From positions 1-57,949 of the IMG/VR virus record IMGVR_UViG_3300010158_000078: a stretch of 57,949 bases of DNA; one strand, given 5' to 3'. Shown piece by piece: positions 38,994-47,466 of the stretch. The DNA is from a virus (Duplodnaviria; Caudoviricetes). The notes under the pieces are model-generated. The model worked only from the letters and a program-made list of their open reading frames with translations, did no database searches and was not told the DNA's origin. Made by a program: the position numbers and the translations under genes. Each line of letters opens with the position of its first letter. Position 1 is the stretch's first letter.

Positions 38994-39018
38994 AAAAAGC
39001 CCCTCGTGAAAGGGGCTT
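38994..39018 (-). terminator. intrinsic terminator after SSB
   Basis: AAGCCCCT-TTCACG-AGGGGCTT followed by TTT on the - strand. Confidence 0.75.
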
Positions 39019-39026
39019 GGTTAATT

Positions 39027-39290
39027 TTAGAATGGAAGTCCGTCTTGTACCTCTTCTTGTTTAGTAGGTGCCTGAGGCTGTCCTTGTTGCTTTGGTTCAA
39101 AAGTATCAAGCTCCATGTAGTGCTTGCCTTCTTTCGAAGTTTTTACCTGCAAATTCACCCATCCGTTCTTGTCGTGCTTTCTTAAAAATGCCGATGCATC
39201 CTCCACCTTAATACTAATGTTTCCCACCACGAAGTCAGGTGCTTTCTCGCTTCTTTTAAAGATAAATCCATCTGCAAAAATTTTGTCCAT
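39027..39290 (-). CDS. ssb: putative single-stranded DNA-binding protein
   Basis: 87 aa, beta-rich, Q/P linker and acidic C-terminal DGLPF tail. Confidence 0.65.
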   Translation of the reverse strand: MDKIFADGFIFKRSEKAPDFVVGNISIKVEDASAFLRKHDKNGWVNLQVKTSKEGKHYMELDTFEPKQQGQPQAPTKQEEVQDGLPF

Positions 39291-39354
39291 AATACATTTA
39301 ATTTTAATTGTTAATAATTACTCCTCGTGTGAGGTCACTGATCAGTAGTTGTGT

Positions 39355-39435
39355 TGGTCAAGTGGTGGGTAATGCTCCCACGACCTTCAGGGTTAATTAC
39401 TTCCTAATGTTCTAACTAACTGAACTACACTTGAC
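39355..39435 (-). ncRNA. tRNA-like (cloverleaf) RNA with non-canonical loops
   Basis: GTCAAGTG TA GTTC-AGTTAGTTA-GAAC A TTAGG-AAGTAATTAAC-CCTGA AGGTC GTGGG-AGCATTA-CCCAC CACTTGACCA: all four stems pair with tRNA spacing. Confidence 0.75.
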
Positions 39436-39437
39436 TT

Positions 39438-39531
39438 ATTCCAACCTTGGTCTTTCAGGGTTACTGGTTTGTGAATACTACTATTAACCCTTTTTCGTTT
39501 TTATACATCACCTAACAGCGAGCATTGGAAT
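39438..39531 (-). ncRNA. candidate structured RNA 5' of the tRNA mimic
   Basis: Closing stem ATTCCAAT/GTTGGAAT and inner stem AGGGTTA/TAACCCT; starts just after a -7 box. Confidence 0.45.
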
Positions 39532-39539
39532 TATCTTCG

Positions 39540-39547
39540 CAAATATA
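39540..39547 (-). promoter_or_regulatory. -7 promoter box (TATATTTG) for ncRNA-tRNA-like-ssb transcript
   Basis: TAnnTTTG right after the exonuclease stop codon. Confidence 0.6.
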
Positions 39548-39552
39548 ATAAA

Positions 39553-40284
39553 TTAAAGTGTATCTTGTACAAAATAATTGTTTATTTCTTCAGTTTTATT
39601 TTTACCGAAGAACTTATTGTACACCTCACACGCTTGCTCGACCTTATTCTTACCTCCCATAACGAAGTCCTCTGAAGGTTCAAACACTCCTAATTCTTTA
39701 GTGGTACTATCTATTACATAAAAAACCAATGGTTTGTCAAACAAGTGTTGGTAAATATAACATTGACTATCATAATTATATTTCTTAGCTGACCATTTGA
39801 AATCTTTAATGCTAGACGTGGTTTTAATATCAATTAAAATTTCATCTGTAACTATATCTGCCTTACCTTTAAATGGTAAACCGAATAACTCACCAATAGC
39901 TGGCTCTTCGTATATGTTACCATTTCTATATATATTCTCGTAAAAATGAAAATTAGATTTTATAGTTTTAACCATTTCCTCGACATCATCTACCTCATTC
40001 TTTAGCAATAATATATCCTTACCGCTCTTAGAAACCGCATCTTTGTAGATATTCGTAGATCTTGTAGAAGCCTCAACAACTTCAAAATCTATTAGTTTAT
40101 GAGGTTCTAAAATAGCCGTGTGAAAATAACTTCCTCTAAGCATAGGGACTGTAGGAGTTTGTTTAATTCCAAACATTTTTGGGTTTGACAATAATACACC
40201 TACAGCACTATTAGATAGAAATTTATTACCGAAATCACCATAATAAGATTCGTCTTTTCTTAATTCTTCAATTGTATTTTTCAT
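39553..40284 (-). CDS. PD-(D/E)XK exonuclease (RecE/DUF3799-like)
   Basis: FLSNS, GSYFHTAILEP, KGKADI, IDIKTT and YNYDSQCYIY motifs. Confidence 0.8.
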   Translation of the reverse strand: MKNTIEELRKDESYYGDFGNKFLSNSAVGVLLSNPKMFGIKQTPTVPMLRGSYFHTAILEPHKLIDFEVVEASTRSTNIYKDAVSKSGKDILLLKNEVDDVEEMVKTIKSNFHFYENIYRNGNIYEEPAIGELFGLPFKGKADIVTDEILIDIKTTSSIKDFKWSAKKYNYDSQCYIYQHLFDKPLVFYVIDSTTKELGVFEPSEDFVMGGKNKVEQACEVYNKFFGKNKTEEINNYFVQDTL

Positions 40285-41066
40285 ATTTTATTTGATTTTT
40301 TAATGTTATCTATCGCCCAAAGTGGTTGAAAGTTTGTATAATGGTTTAATTTAATTAATTCATCTTCGTTTTTAGCTAAAGATACAGGGTATATATGGTC
40401 TAAATGCCATTCACCTTGATTTTCCCAAGACATTCCTTCTGTAAATTGGTTTTCTAAATGAAGTTTAAATTCTTCAAATGTGCATCCAAGGATTTGGTAT
40501 GTTTTAGATTTTTTAGAATAACCTTGTTTTTTTATTGAAATATAAATTAAATTATATGTGTTGCATTTTAATTTAAATAAAGGATCAATTAATTTTCTTT
40601 TTGCCTGATTTTTATTCCTTTTTTCTTTATTTTTTAAAGCGTAATTCTTTGTATTAAGTATAATTTTTTCTTTATTCTTTAAATAATAATCTTTTTGTTT
40701 TTGCTTTATTATTTCATTATTTTTATCTCGATATGATAGACCGTACTCTTTTATTCTATCTGTATTATTGTAATAGTATTCTTTCTTTTTTTTATTTAAA
40801 ATATCTCTATTTTTTAGAGTATATATTTTTTTATTTTCTTTTATTTTATCTGTATTTTTTGCTCTATATTCTTTTTGATTTTTACTTATTTCATCTTTAT
40901 TTTTAATACGATATATCTTTTGTTTTTCTGAAATAATATTTTTGTTTTCGTTTCTATAATCTTTTAAACATTTTTTACATTTATACTGAAGTCCTGTTTT
41001 AGGTTCATTACCTTTATTAAATTCAGTTAATTCTTTCTCTACCTTACACTTTGTACAAACTTTCAT
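40281..41066 (-). CDS. HNH homing endonuclease with N-terminal Zn ribbon
   Basis: CTKC…CKKC; ILGCTFEEFKLHLENQF…WHLDHIYP…NHYTNFQPLWAIDNIKK; probable ATG start at 41066. Confidence 0.85.
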   Translation of the reverse strand: MKVCTKCKVEKELTEFNKGNEPKTGLQYKCKKCLKDYRNENKNIISEKQKIYRIKNKDEISKNQKEYRAKNTDKIKENKKIYTLKNRDILNKKKKEYYYNNTDRIKEYGLSYRDKNNEIIKQKQKDYYLKNKEKIILNTKNYALKNKEKRNKNQAKRKLIDPLFKLKCNTYNLIYISIKKQGYSKKSKTYQILGCTFEEFKLHLENQFTEGMSWENQGEWHLDHIYPVSLAKNEDELIKLNHYTNFQPLWAIDNIKKSNKI

Positions 41067-41075
41067 ATAAAACAA

Positions 41076-41165
41076 AATCCCATCAATTCGGCAGTAATGT
41101 GAGACGTGCCTCCTTGACAGGATTGTTTAATGTTTTAGACTGTAATGCGTCTCACTTCATTACTC
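41076..41165 (-). promoter_or_regulatory. structured 5' leader of the HNH gene (pseudoknot/attenuator-like)
   Basis: GTGAGACG/CGTCTCAC helix (extended by GTAAT/ATTAC) interlocked with an AATCCTGTCAA…TTGATGGGATT hairpin; -7 box TATATTTG at 41169-41176. Confidence 0.6.
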
Positions 41166-41185
41166 CTGCAAATATACAAAAAAAA

Positions 41186-41404
41186 TCATAATCTTTTTAG
41201 TATGTTTTTAGGTTCTAGCCTATGTTTAATTAATAGATGGTCTACGGCCAAGGCCGCTTCGCGTTCCGTGTGGTAGTCCTTGATGTACTTCTTGTTGTCT
41301 ATCTGTATCCTCATACGAAACATTTCGTACCCGTTATGGGAGCAAAGATACACATGCTGGTATCTTTCGCTCCTTCCCTTGTGCTTATATTGTATTTGTG
41401 GCAT
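41186..41404 (-). CDS. AP2-like DNA-binding protein
   Basis: YQHVY…FRMRIQID…TEREAALAVD pattern. Confidence 0.5.
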   Translation of the reverse strand: MPQIQYKHKGRSERYQHVYLCSHNGYEMFRMRIQIDNKKYIKDYHTEREAALAVDHLLIKHRLEPKNILKRL

Positions 41405-41642
41405 AGCTCTTAATTACGTTTAATGTCTGTTCATACACCTTTAACATCTCATCTAGTTCGCCTATCTGTTCTTGTTTTAGCTTGGCATACTTCTGCAAGG
41501 CAAACACATAGTTTGGATAGTACCACTTGTCGATGAACTCAATCACCTCTCCGTTCTTCTTTGTCTTATGACAAGTCTTATTCAGTACAACCCCCGAATA
41601 ACTATCAGGGGTTAAATAAAAATCTTTATCTAGTTGTTTCAT
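41385..41642 (-). CDS. hypothetical protein
   Basis: 85 aa. Confidence 0.5.
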   Translation of the reverse strand: MKQLDKDFYLTPDSYSGVVLNKTCHKTKKNGEVIEFIDKWYYPNYVFALQKYAKLKQEQIGELDEMLKVYEQTLNVIKSYATNTI

Positions 41643-41646
41643 GTCT

Positions 41647-42225
41647 TTACTTTAATAGGTCACCAAGGCTTTTCTTAACACTTGTTGATAGGTTATACTT
41701 AATGCTTAGGTTCTTAACGATAGATGCTAGGTCTAGCTTTGTTTTGTTGGCTGTAACATATGCAACAACGCCAGCCCAATTGGAATCATTCACAGCCAAA
41801 TCTATCTTTGAAGTAGGGGTTTTGGCTGACTTCACCGTGTCGATTAGATCACTTCCATGCCAAAGAGAAAGCCCCAACCCGTGCATCGCAATAGCCTTAG
41901 TCATAGACCTTTGTATGGTTTTAGTAACCTCAAACGAGGTAATGTCCTCAATCTTAATTGACTTGTTATTGTAGCTCATAATTGGAAGGTAGTCGATATG
42001 CTCTATGCCATCAACTATAACGCCCACCTTTACATATGCTGTCTTGTGGTCAGTGAAATAGTTAAGACCTGTTAGGCTATCCTCGTACACAATTCTCTGT
42101 GCTGTCGGATAGTTCTGCTTTAGCATTGACCATGCGTTACTCCAGCTTAGGTAGTCTTGGTTACCTTTCTTTACAATCTTTGACTTTACGTCAACCTCTG
42201 ATAATCTTTTAAATACGTTTTCCAT
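41647..42225 (-). CDS. Sak3/DUF1071-like single-strand annealing protein
   Basis: YLSWSNAW…LPIMSYNNK…IQRSMTKAIAMHGLGL motif; near exonuclease and SSB. Confidence 0.8.
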   Translation of the reverse strand: MENVFKRLSEVDVKSKIVKKGNQDYLSWSNAWSMLKQNYPTAQRIVYEDSLTGLNYFTDHKTAYVKVGVIVDGIEHIDYLPIMSYNNKSIKIEDITSFEVTKTIQRSMTKAIAMHGLGLSLWHGSDLIDTVKSAKTPTSKIDLAVNDSNWAGVVAYVTANKTKLDLASIVKNLSIKYNLSTSVKKSLGDLLK

Positions 42226-42610
42226 TGTTTTCTATTTGTAATAATTTAAGTGTTTCTGTAAATCTGTTCATCAAATCGTTTCTAGTCTCTTTTAAGGCTT
42301 GATAATGCCTTCCGTTCTTCCTAGTGTTGATCTCTGTAATTATCTTCTTGGATAGCCTCTCTAATGACCTCCTGTAATTACTTATGGCCATCGTGTAGCA
42401 CCCAACTCTCCAACCACGAAGTAAAAACAACTCGTACTGCTCTTTTGTCAACTCCTTGTAGAAGTCGTTAGCGAACTTTGTGTTGTATATCTTTATATGT
42501 TCGTTCTTGTTCTCAATCTTTATACCCTTTCGGATGTACGATACTGACTCATTTGTAGCAAGCCGTGTACTCAACACATCATTCTGTGCCTCGTTCCATA
42601 TATTTCTCAT
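42209..42610 (-). CDS. hypothetical protein
   Basis: 133 aa. Confidence 0.55.
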   Translation of the reverse strand: MRNIWNEAQNDVLSTRLATNESVSYIRKGIKIENKNEHIKIYNTKFANDFYKELTKEQYELFLLRGWRVGCYTMAISNYRRSLERLSKKIITEINTRKNGRHYQALKETRNDLMNRFTETLKLLQIENNGKRI

Positions 42611-42745
42611 ATTGTTAAATTTAAAATTAAGCCGTTACTCTCCACGGCAAAAGTCACGCATACAATAATTTACTGACTTATGAATAACATCCACCAACCA
42701 ATATCAGCAGTGATACGACCATTATTGCGACCTACATTGTAGCGT

Positions 42746-42946
42746 TTACAAGGATTCTTTATTTGATTGGTGTTTATATGTTTTCTCTATCTCTAATGCC
42801 TCTGCAACATACTGCGATAAGTCGACGTGTGACTTGTAAGCGTTTATATACTCAATTCTTGGCTCATCAATCCATTCTCCTTCGCTGTCAGTGTATACCT
42901 CATTCTCTACAAGTATCTTATCTACCAACCATTCTACTGCTGTCAT
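42746..42946 (-). CDS. hypothetical protein (TAVEWL family)
   Basis: MTAVEWL…ALEIEK, shared with 43840-44103. Confidence 0.55.
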   Translation of the reverse strand: MTAVEWLVDKILVENEVYTDSEGEWIDEPRIEYINAYKSHVDLSQYVAEALEIEKTYKHQSNKESL

Positions 42947-42947
42947 T

Positions 42948-43187
42948 TTATTTTTTATATATTTCTCGTTTTATAATTTTACTTTGTTGCTCTTTGTTGT
43001 CATCATCTATATGATATTGCATATATTCTTCAGCTTCATTTAAAGTAGAAAAACCAACATTATGTAAACTCATTGACATATCTCTTATTTCAGCAAGATA
43101 TATCCAAAAAAAGAATAAAAATTTCTTTTGAACATAGTAACATTTTTTACCACTCACTTCTGTTTTAATAACAATTCTATATTTCAT
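42948..43187 (-). CDS. hypothetical protein
   Basis: 79 aa. Confidence 0.5.
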   Translation of the reverse strand: MKYRIVIKTEVSGKKCYYVQKKFLFFFWIYLAEIRDMSMSLHNVGFSTLNEAEEYMQYHIDDDNKEQQSKIIKREIYKK

Positions 43188-43438
43188 AATCCTTTCTCTT
43201 TTTTATAAAGTTCTAATAGTTCTTTTGTAGTATAGCTATTTTTTAAATAAACACCATCTTGCTTCCAATCACCTACCTCACTTATAAATTTATCTTTCCA
43301 CTCTGTAAATTCAATAGCAAATTCATCTGCTATTTGTTCACATGCATTAGCATTTCTTAATGCCCAATTTCTATCAGTACAATCATCTTGTAAGTCCATC
43401 CAATCTACAAATGGTAAAAACTTTTCTTTTAATGTCAT
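43184..43438 (-). CDS. hypothetical protein, paralog of 33082-33336
   Basis: LKEKF…IADEFAI…YKKEKGL. Confidence 0.6.
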   Translation of the reverse strand: MTLKEKFLPFVDWMDLQDDCTDRNWALRNANACEQIADEFAIEFTEWKDKFISEVGDWKQDGVYLKNSYTTKELLELYKKEKGL

Positions 43439-43635
43439 AACAATTCTATTTTTAATGTAAAGTTTAATGTATCACAGAACTTCTTTAATAAGTTCAAAGA
43501 TAAGTCTGTATTTCCTGAGAGCCATTGAGACATATTAGGAGTGTGTGTTCTATAGCCAAGTCTTATACAAAACTCTGTTTGTGTACAATTACTCCTTTGA
43601 AACATATCCCATAGTATTTCATTTGCTATGTTCAT
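43435..43635 (-). CDS. Cro/XRE-type HTH protein, paralog of 33333-33533
   Basis: Closely similar 66-aa HTH. Confidence 0.7.
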   Translation of the reverse strand: MNIANEILWDMFQRSNCTQTEFCIRLGYRTHTPNMSQWLSGNTDLSLNLLKKFCDTLNFTLKIELL

Positions 43636-43646
43636 CTTATTTCTTT

Positions 43647-43835
43647 TTAATTTGTTTCTTTACATTCAATTTTATCAAAATTTGTATTAAAAATTTCTGA
43701 TATTGAATCTTGTGTAAATCCTTCAATTTCTAATGCTAATATAAAAGAATTTCTAATTGCATAAGAAAAAATAACGTCTTTTAAATCAATTGTAATTTCT
43801 GGTTGTTGCTCGTTTCTTTTTACTATTATTTTCAT
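43647..43835 (-). CDS. hypothetical protein
   Basis: Probable start MKIIVKRN at 43835. Confidence 0.45.
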   Translation of the reverse strand: MKIIVKRNEQQPEITIDLKDVIFSYAIRNSFILALEIEGFTQDSISEIFNTNFDKIECKETN

Positions 43836-43839
43836 AATC

Positions 43840-44103
43840 TTATTTGTTTTTATATTGATTATACAACCATTCTTCATAAGTAGTACATCCATCATATTCA
43901 TAACAGCCACAATACATTGATGTTTGTCCTGCTTTATATGCTTCTTTTGCAGAAGTATTAGAAGATAAGAATAGTTGCTTCTTCTCTATTTCTTTGGCTT
44001 GATTAAGTATTTCATCATATAAAATACCATCTCCTTTCATTTCAAACTTTTCATAAAGTTCATTTGCTAACCATTCTACTGCTGTTGGTATACTATTCTC
44101 CAT
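43840..44103 (-). CDS. hypothetical protein (TAVEWL family)
   Basis: PTAVEWL…QAKEIEK. Confidence 0.55.
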   Translation of the reverse strand: MENSIPTAVEWLANELYEKFEMKGDGILYDEILNQAKEIEKKQLFLSSNTSAKEAYKAGQTSMYCGCYEYDGCTTYEEWLYNQYKNK

Positions 44104-44347
44104 AAGGCAATTCTGTTATTGATGTTATACGTTTGTACTGCTTGTCAAATATAAGCAATGCCTCAGCTATTGAGTCAGCCTCTACTATCGTCTCTAAGTC
44201 TACGCACTCGTCGTTATGCTCCGCGTAGTACTCTATTAAATACCTTCTCATTATGTTAGTGCATTATTATACACACGTCTGTATGCCTCGGACATTCTCT
44301 CATTGTCCGCGTAGTGTATTGTTTTTACTCTCTTTAGCATCCACTTC

Positions 44348-44605
44348 TCAAAGCGGAGCATCTCTCTTGTTGCTTTCTTCTCCATCGTATAATCGTTTTA
44401 TGTATAAGTTAGTGTTAAATGACATCATCTCTAATGCCTCATTGTTAGTATCGTAATAGTCTTTAGGGAACCATATATCTATAAGGCCGTGTCCCAACAT
44501 AAGATGCTTGAATCTTGGCACAAAGAACATATTGGTGCCGTTATATAGTGTGAAAGACTTATCTCCTATCTGACGGCTGTAAAGCATTAGCGTTAATCTC
44601 TTCAT
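44348..44605 (-). CDS. hypothetical early protein
   Basis: 85 aa. Confidence 0.45.
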   Translation of the reverse strand: MKRLTLMLYSRQIGDKSFTLYNGTNMFFVPRFKHLMLGHGLIDIWFPKDYYDTNNEALEMMSFNTNLYIKRLYDGEESNKRDAPL

Positions 44606-44677
44606 GTACTCGCTTAAGTATGTTAATAATAAATGTATTGTCAGGATGCATCACCTCCATAAAGGTAATTACTAGCT

Positions 44678-44863
44678 CTAAATCGTCATGCATAGTACTA
44701 AGTTTTTAAGTGTTAGCTCTCTCTTAAGCTCTGACTTGGATTGCACCCAACTCAAGCCGTTTTGTTCTTGTCTGTCTCTCGCTATGATACCGAATATCCT
44801 AGCATGTCTCTGCATACGCATCACCTCTGCTTGGATGCATACCTTTTTAGTTCTTGGTCTCAT
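44678..44863 (-). CDS. hypothetical early protein
   Basis: 61 aa, ATGA-coupled. Confidence 0.4.
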   Translation of the reverse strand: MRPRTKKVCIQAEVMRMQRHARIFGIIARDRQEQNGLSWVQSKSELKRELTLKNLVLCMTI

Positions 44864-45399
44864 AGTCCTAGATGTTTTTCAATTCTACTCAGCCTGTCCT
44901 CTATGGTATCCTCTAGTATTGGGGTTGCCCAAACGCCACATTTGTAAACTTTTCCGTATTTCGACCAAAGTACGTCTCTTGAATAATCGTAAACCTCCGA
45001 GAACTCACAATCTCTATACAACTTTTTACCCGACACGGAAGTAATAGGTTTGTTCCAAACCCCACGTCTTACAGCCTCAGACATTAGAAGCTTCTCTAAC
45101 TCATCATCTGTAGCTAGCCTTACAATGTCATTACTATACATTCTGTACAGGTTCTCGTTGTTATATACCTCCGTCCACTCTCCGTGATGATTAAATCCAA
45201 ACGTGTACTTCATTCCTTCTTCTTGTAAAAAAACAATAGCATCATTAAGCGATGGATTTCTTACTACATACCATCTGTGTGTCTCTAGTTGTTTAGGAAA
45301 CCAATTCTTTAAGTCTGCCAATATAAGTTGGTTTGACTCGTTTTTCGAGTTTTCAATTAATTGTAAAATCTGATCTTCTGTAATATTAAATGTTCTCAT
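44860..45399 (-). CDS. hypothetical early protein
   Basis: 179 aa. Confidence 0.55.
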   Translation of the reverse strand: MRTFNITEDQILQLIENSKNESNQLILADLKNWFPKQLETHRWYVVRNPSLNDAIVFLQEEGMKYTFGFNHHGEWTEVYNNENLYRMYSNDIVRLATDDELEKLLMSEAVRRGVWNKPITSVSGKKLYRDCEFSEVYDYSRDVLWSKYGKVYKCGVWATPILEDTIEDRLSRIEKHLGL

Positions 45400-45723
45400 A
45401 TATTATTTAGTTAAAGTTTATACGCATCTGTGTGTGTTCCAATACCTGTGCTGTCTGCTACATGCTGAGCCACAGCTTTCCATTGTTGTAACTACTAGCA
45501 GTAGCAATACAATCATTTTTACTCTATGAAGGTTAACAAAGATAACCGATAGTAAGGCAGTACAAATTATTATTATAACTGCTATAGTGTTTTTTAATCT
45601 AGTCATAAATTCCAAAGCTTAAATGGTTAGGTGTGTTTGTTATCATTCCAATCACTAACATAGCAAACCCAAATAGGAATAATGTTGTTAGTGTTATCTG
45701 TACAATCTGTTCTGTTCGTTTCA

Positions 45724-45972
45724 TTATAGTTTTATGTTTTTAGTGTATTCGTAATATTTATCATAAAGGTCATCGTGGTAAGCTATCTTGTCCTCTAGGT
45801 CGAAGTTGTTATGCCACTCATCTTGTAGTTCGTCCTTGATAAGACGCGAGTCGTGTCCGAAGATGCCCTTATAGTCTACTTGGCCAAAATGAATCTCATT
45901 CAAGGCCTCTGCAGGAAGTTCGCAATACCAATTCAATAGGTACGTCTCTAGGTTAATTGTTAAGTTTTTCAT
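45724..45972 (-). CDS. hypothetical acidic early protein
   Basis: 82 aa. Confidence 0.5.
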   Translation of the reverse strand: MKNLTINLETYLLNWYCELPAEALNEIHFGQVDYKGIFGHDSRLIKDELQDEWHNNFDLEDKIAYHDDLYDKYYEYTKNIKL

Positions 45973-46041
45973 AGTGTGTTAAGATTTTCGTTTGTTGCTA
46001 CTAGGTTAATGTGCTCGTGTGATGATTACTCTCATACTATT

Positions 46042-46425
46042 TTATATTAGTTTTAAACGTTCTACTTCAATCTCGAAAAAATCACCGTCTCCGTCCTCAA
46101 CAACTGCATTGCCACTATCACGAAAACCTACAATCACACCAACAAAACTATGATTATGAATATCACTATCATTCGGGTCGGGTACTTCGACACTCTCACC
46201 AATTGAAAATGTTTCTTTTCTATTCAATCCATTTTCTTGTGCGTGATAATTAATAGCAAACCAAATCCGCTCCATTGTAGCTTCATTGTTTAATGCACCG
46301 TCCAATACGTCCTGTGCTTCTTCTTCCGTACACTCGAAATTGTTCTGCACGTCGCTCACGTGCCAAAGGTTATCCACGAAATATCCTTCGCTTCTTAATA
46401 ATTGTTTTGCTTCTGCTATAGTCAT
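46042..46425 (-). CDS. acidic early protein
   Basis: Probable start MTIAEAKQ at 46425; LWHVSDVQ…TEEEAQDVL plus SH3-like C-terminus. Confidence 0.55.
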   Translation of the reverse strand: MTIAEAKQLLRSEGYFVDNLWHVSDVQNNFECTEEEAQDVLDGALNNEATMERIWFAINYHAQENGLNRKETFSIGESVEVPDPNDSDIHNHSFVGVIVGFRDSGNAVVEDGDGDFFEIEVERLKLI

Positions 46426-46439
46426 AATTAAATTGTTTT

Positions 46440-46630
46440 GTGTCGACATGACGTTTTTTTGTGTCATATTCTATTATATATATATTCTTTATTTATTATT
46501 ATTTTTTTTTACGTAAAAGTAGAAGAAAAATCGTCGTAACGACACTAATCTGTTTAACTAGTTGAAACCTAAAGGTTTAAACTATGACAAACTTTTTAAA
46601 AAACGACACGGCTACGACGATTATCGACAC
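46440..46630. repeat. ~190-bp origin-like element, left copy (inverted relative to 49051-49240)
   Basis: YGACR motifs (CGACAC, CGACG, TGACA) flank an A/T-only core with (TA)n; aligns block by block with the reverse complement of 49051-49240. Confidence 0.8.
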
Positions 46631-46869
46631 TAAATGCTTAAATAGTACTCTTCTAGTTCTTTCTTACTACAAGTATCAAAACCAAAATGATTAAGAAATG
46701 AATTTATGTGTCTCATAGTTGTATTCGAATACAAACCAAAAACTTCCATTTTGTTATTCAAATGGTCGTATTTCGCCACTATAGTATCATAGCTTTTTAA
46801 TAAAGATATATTATTCTCTGTCTCTATACTAGCTTTGCCGTAGAAACTTTTTTGTGTTAATGGTCTCAT
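46630..46869 (-). CDS. conserved small early phage protein
   Basis: KSFYGKA…LKSYDTIVA…YSNTTMRHINSFL. Confidence 0.6.
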   Translation of the reverse strand: MRPLTQKSFYGKASIETENNISLLKSYDTIVAKYDHLNNKMEVFGLYSNTTMRHINSFLNHFGFDTCSKKELEEYYLSI

Positions 46870-47201
46870 ATTGTTTTAAAGTATTGGTTATTAAATTTGT
46901 TTCGCGTACCCTTGTGGCTTTGGTTATATGCAAGCACGTCCATTGACTCAGTACTTACTGCAATGCACTCCTGAGTCATTACTGAGGCAAGATTTTCAAA
47001 GTCGGATAGTATCTTTGAGTCTCTGTTATACTTGTACTCAAACAAACCTACAAACGTTTCCTCAGGATGACCTTCGTACTCTGAACTGACTATTTGATAA
47101 GCCATCAAACGATAGCTTGAATCACTCGCCATTCTATCTATTACCTGCTCTGCCGTGTATGGGTTATTATTTAACCCGATGTTGATTGTTAGTGTTCTCA
47201 T
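46866..47201 (-). CDS. hypothetical early protein
   Basis: 111 aa. Confidence 0.55.
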   Translation of the reverse strand: MRTLTINIGLNNNPYTAEQVIDRMASDSSYRLMAYQIVSSEYEGHPEETFVGLFEYKYNRDSKILSDFENLASVMTQECIAVSTESMDVLAYNQSHKGTRNKFNNQYFKTI

Positions 47202-47466
47202 AATTAAAATGTGTTTTGTGTCGGTTCGACATGGTTAGTAATGTAATCGTTTAGTCTCTCTATGCTATCCGCATGGTAGGTGGTGCCCTGCACCTTTGCC
47301 GTGTACATGGTACGTGTTACTCTTGTGTAACTTGTCTGTGTGTAGGTTCTAATTTCCAAAGATATAATCTATAAGAGTTAATAATTGGCTTAGTACTATT
47401 ACTGCTATAAGCAGGAAGGTGGCCAATATACAGCCACCTTGAATTTCGTTTCGTTTCATGATATAA

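Noticed and set aside
39315-39354. HDV-like (theta) ribozyme 3' of the tRNA mimic
   Set aside because: Only a small TACT…CCTC-ACAC-GAGG-AGTA hairpin is visible; the nested double pseudoknot could not be built.
39445-39520. Possible second hammerhead (GGTGATGT…CGAAA…stem)
   Set aside because: Core reads GUGAUGU rather than CUGAUGA, stem II is missing and there is no proper NUH site.
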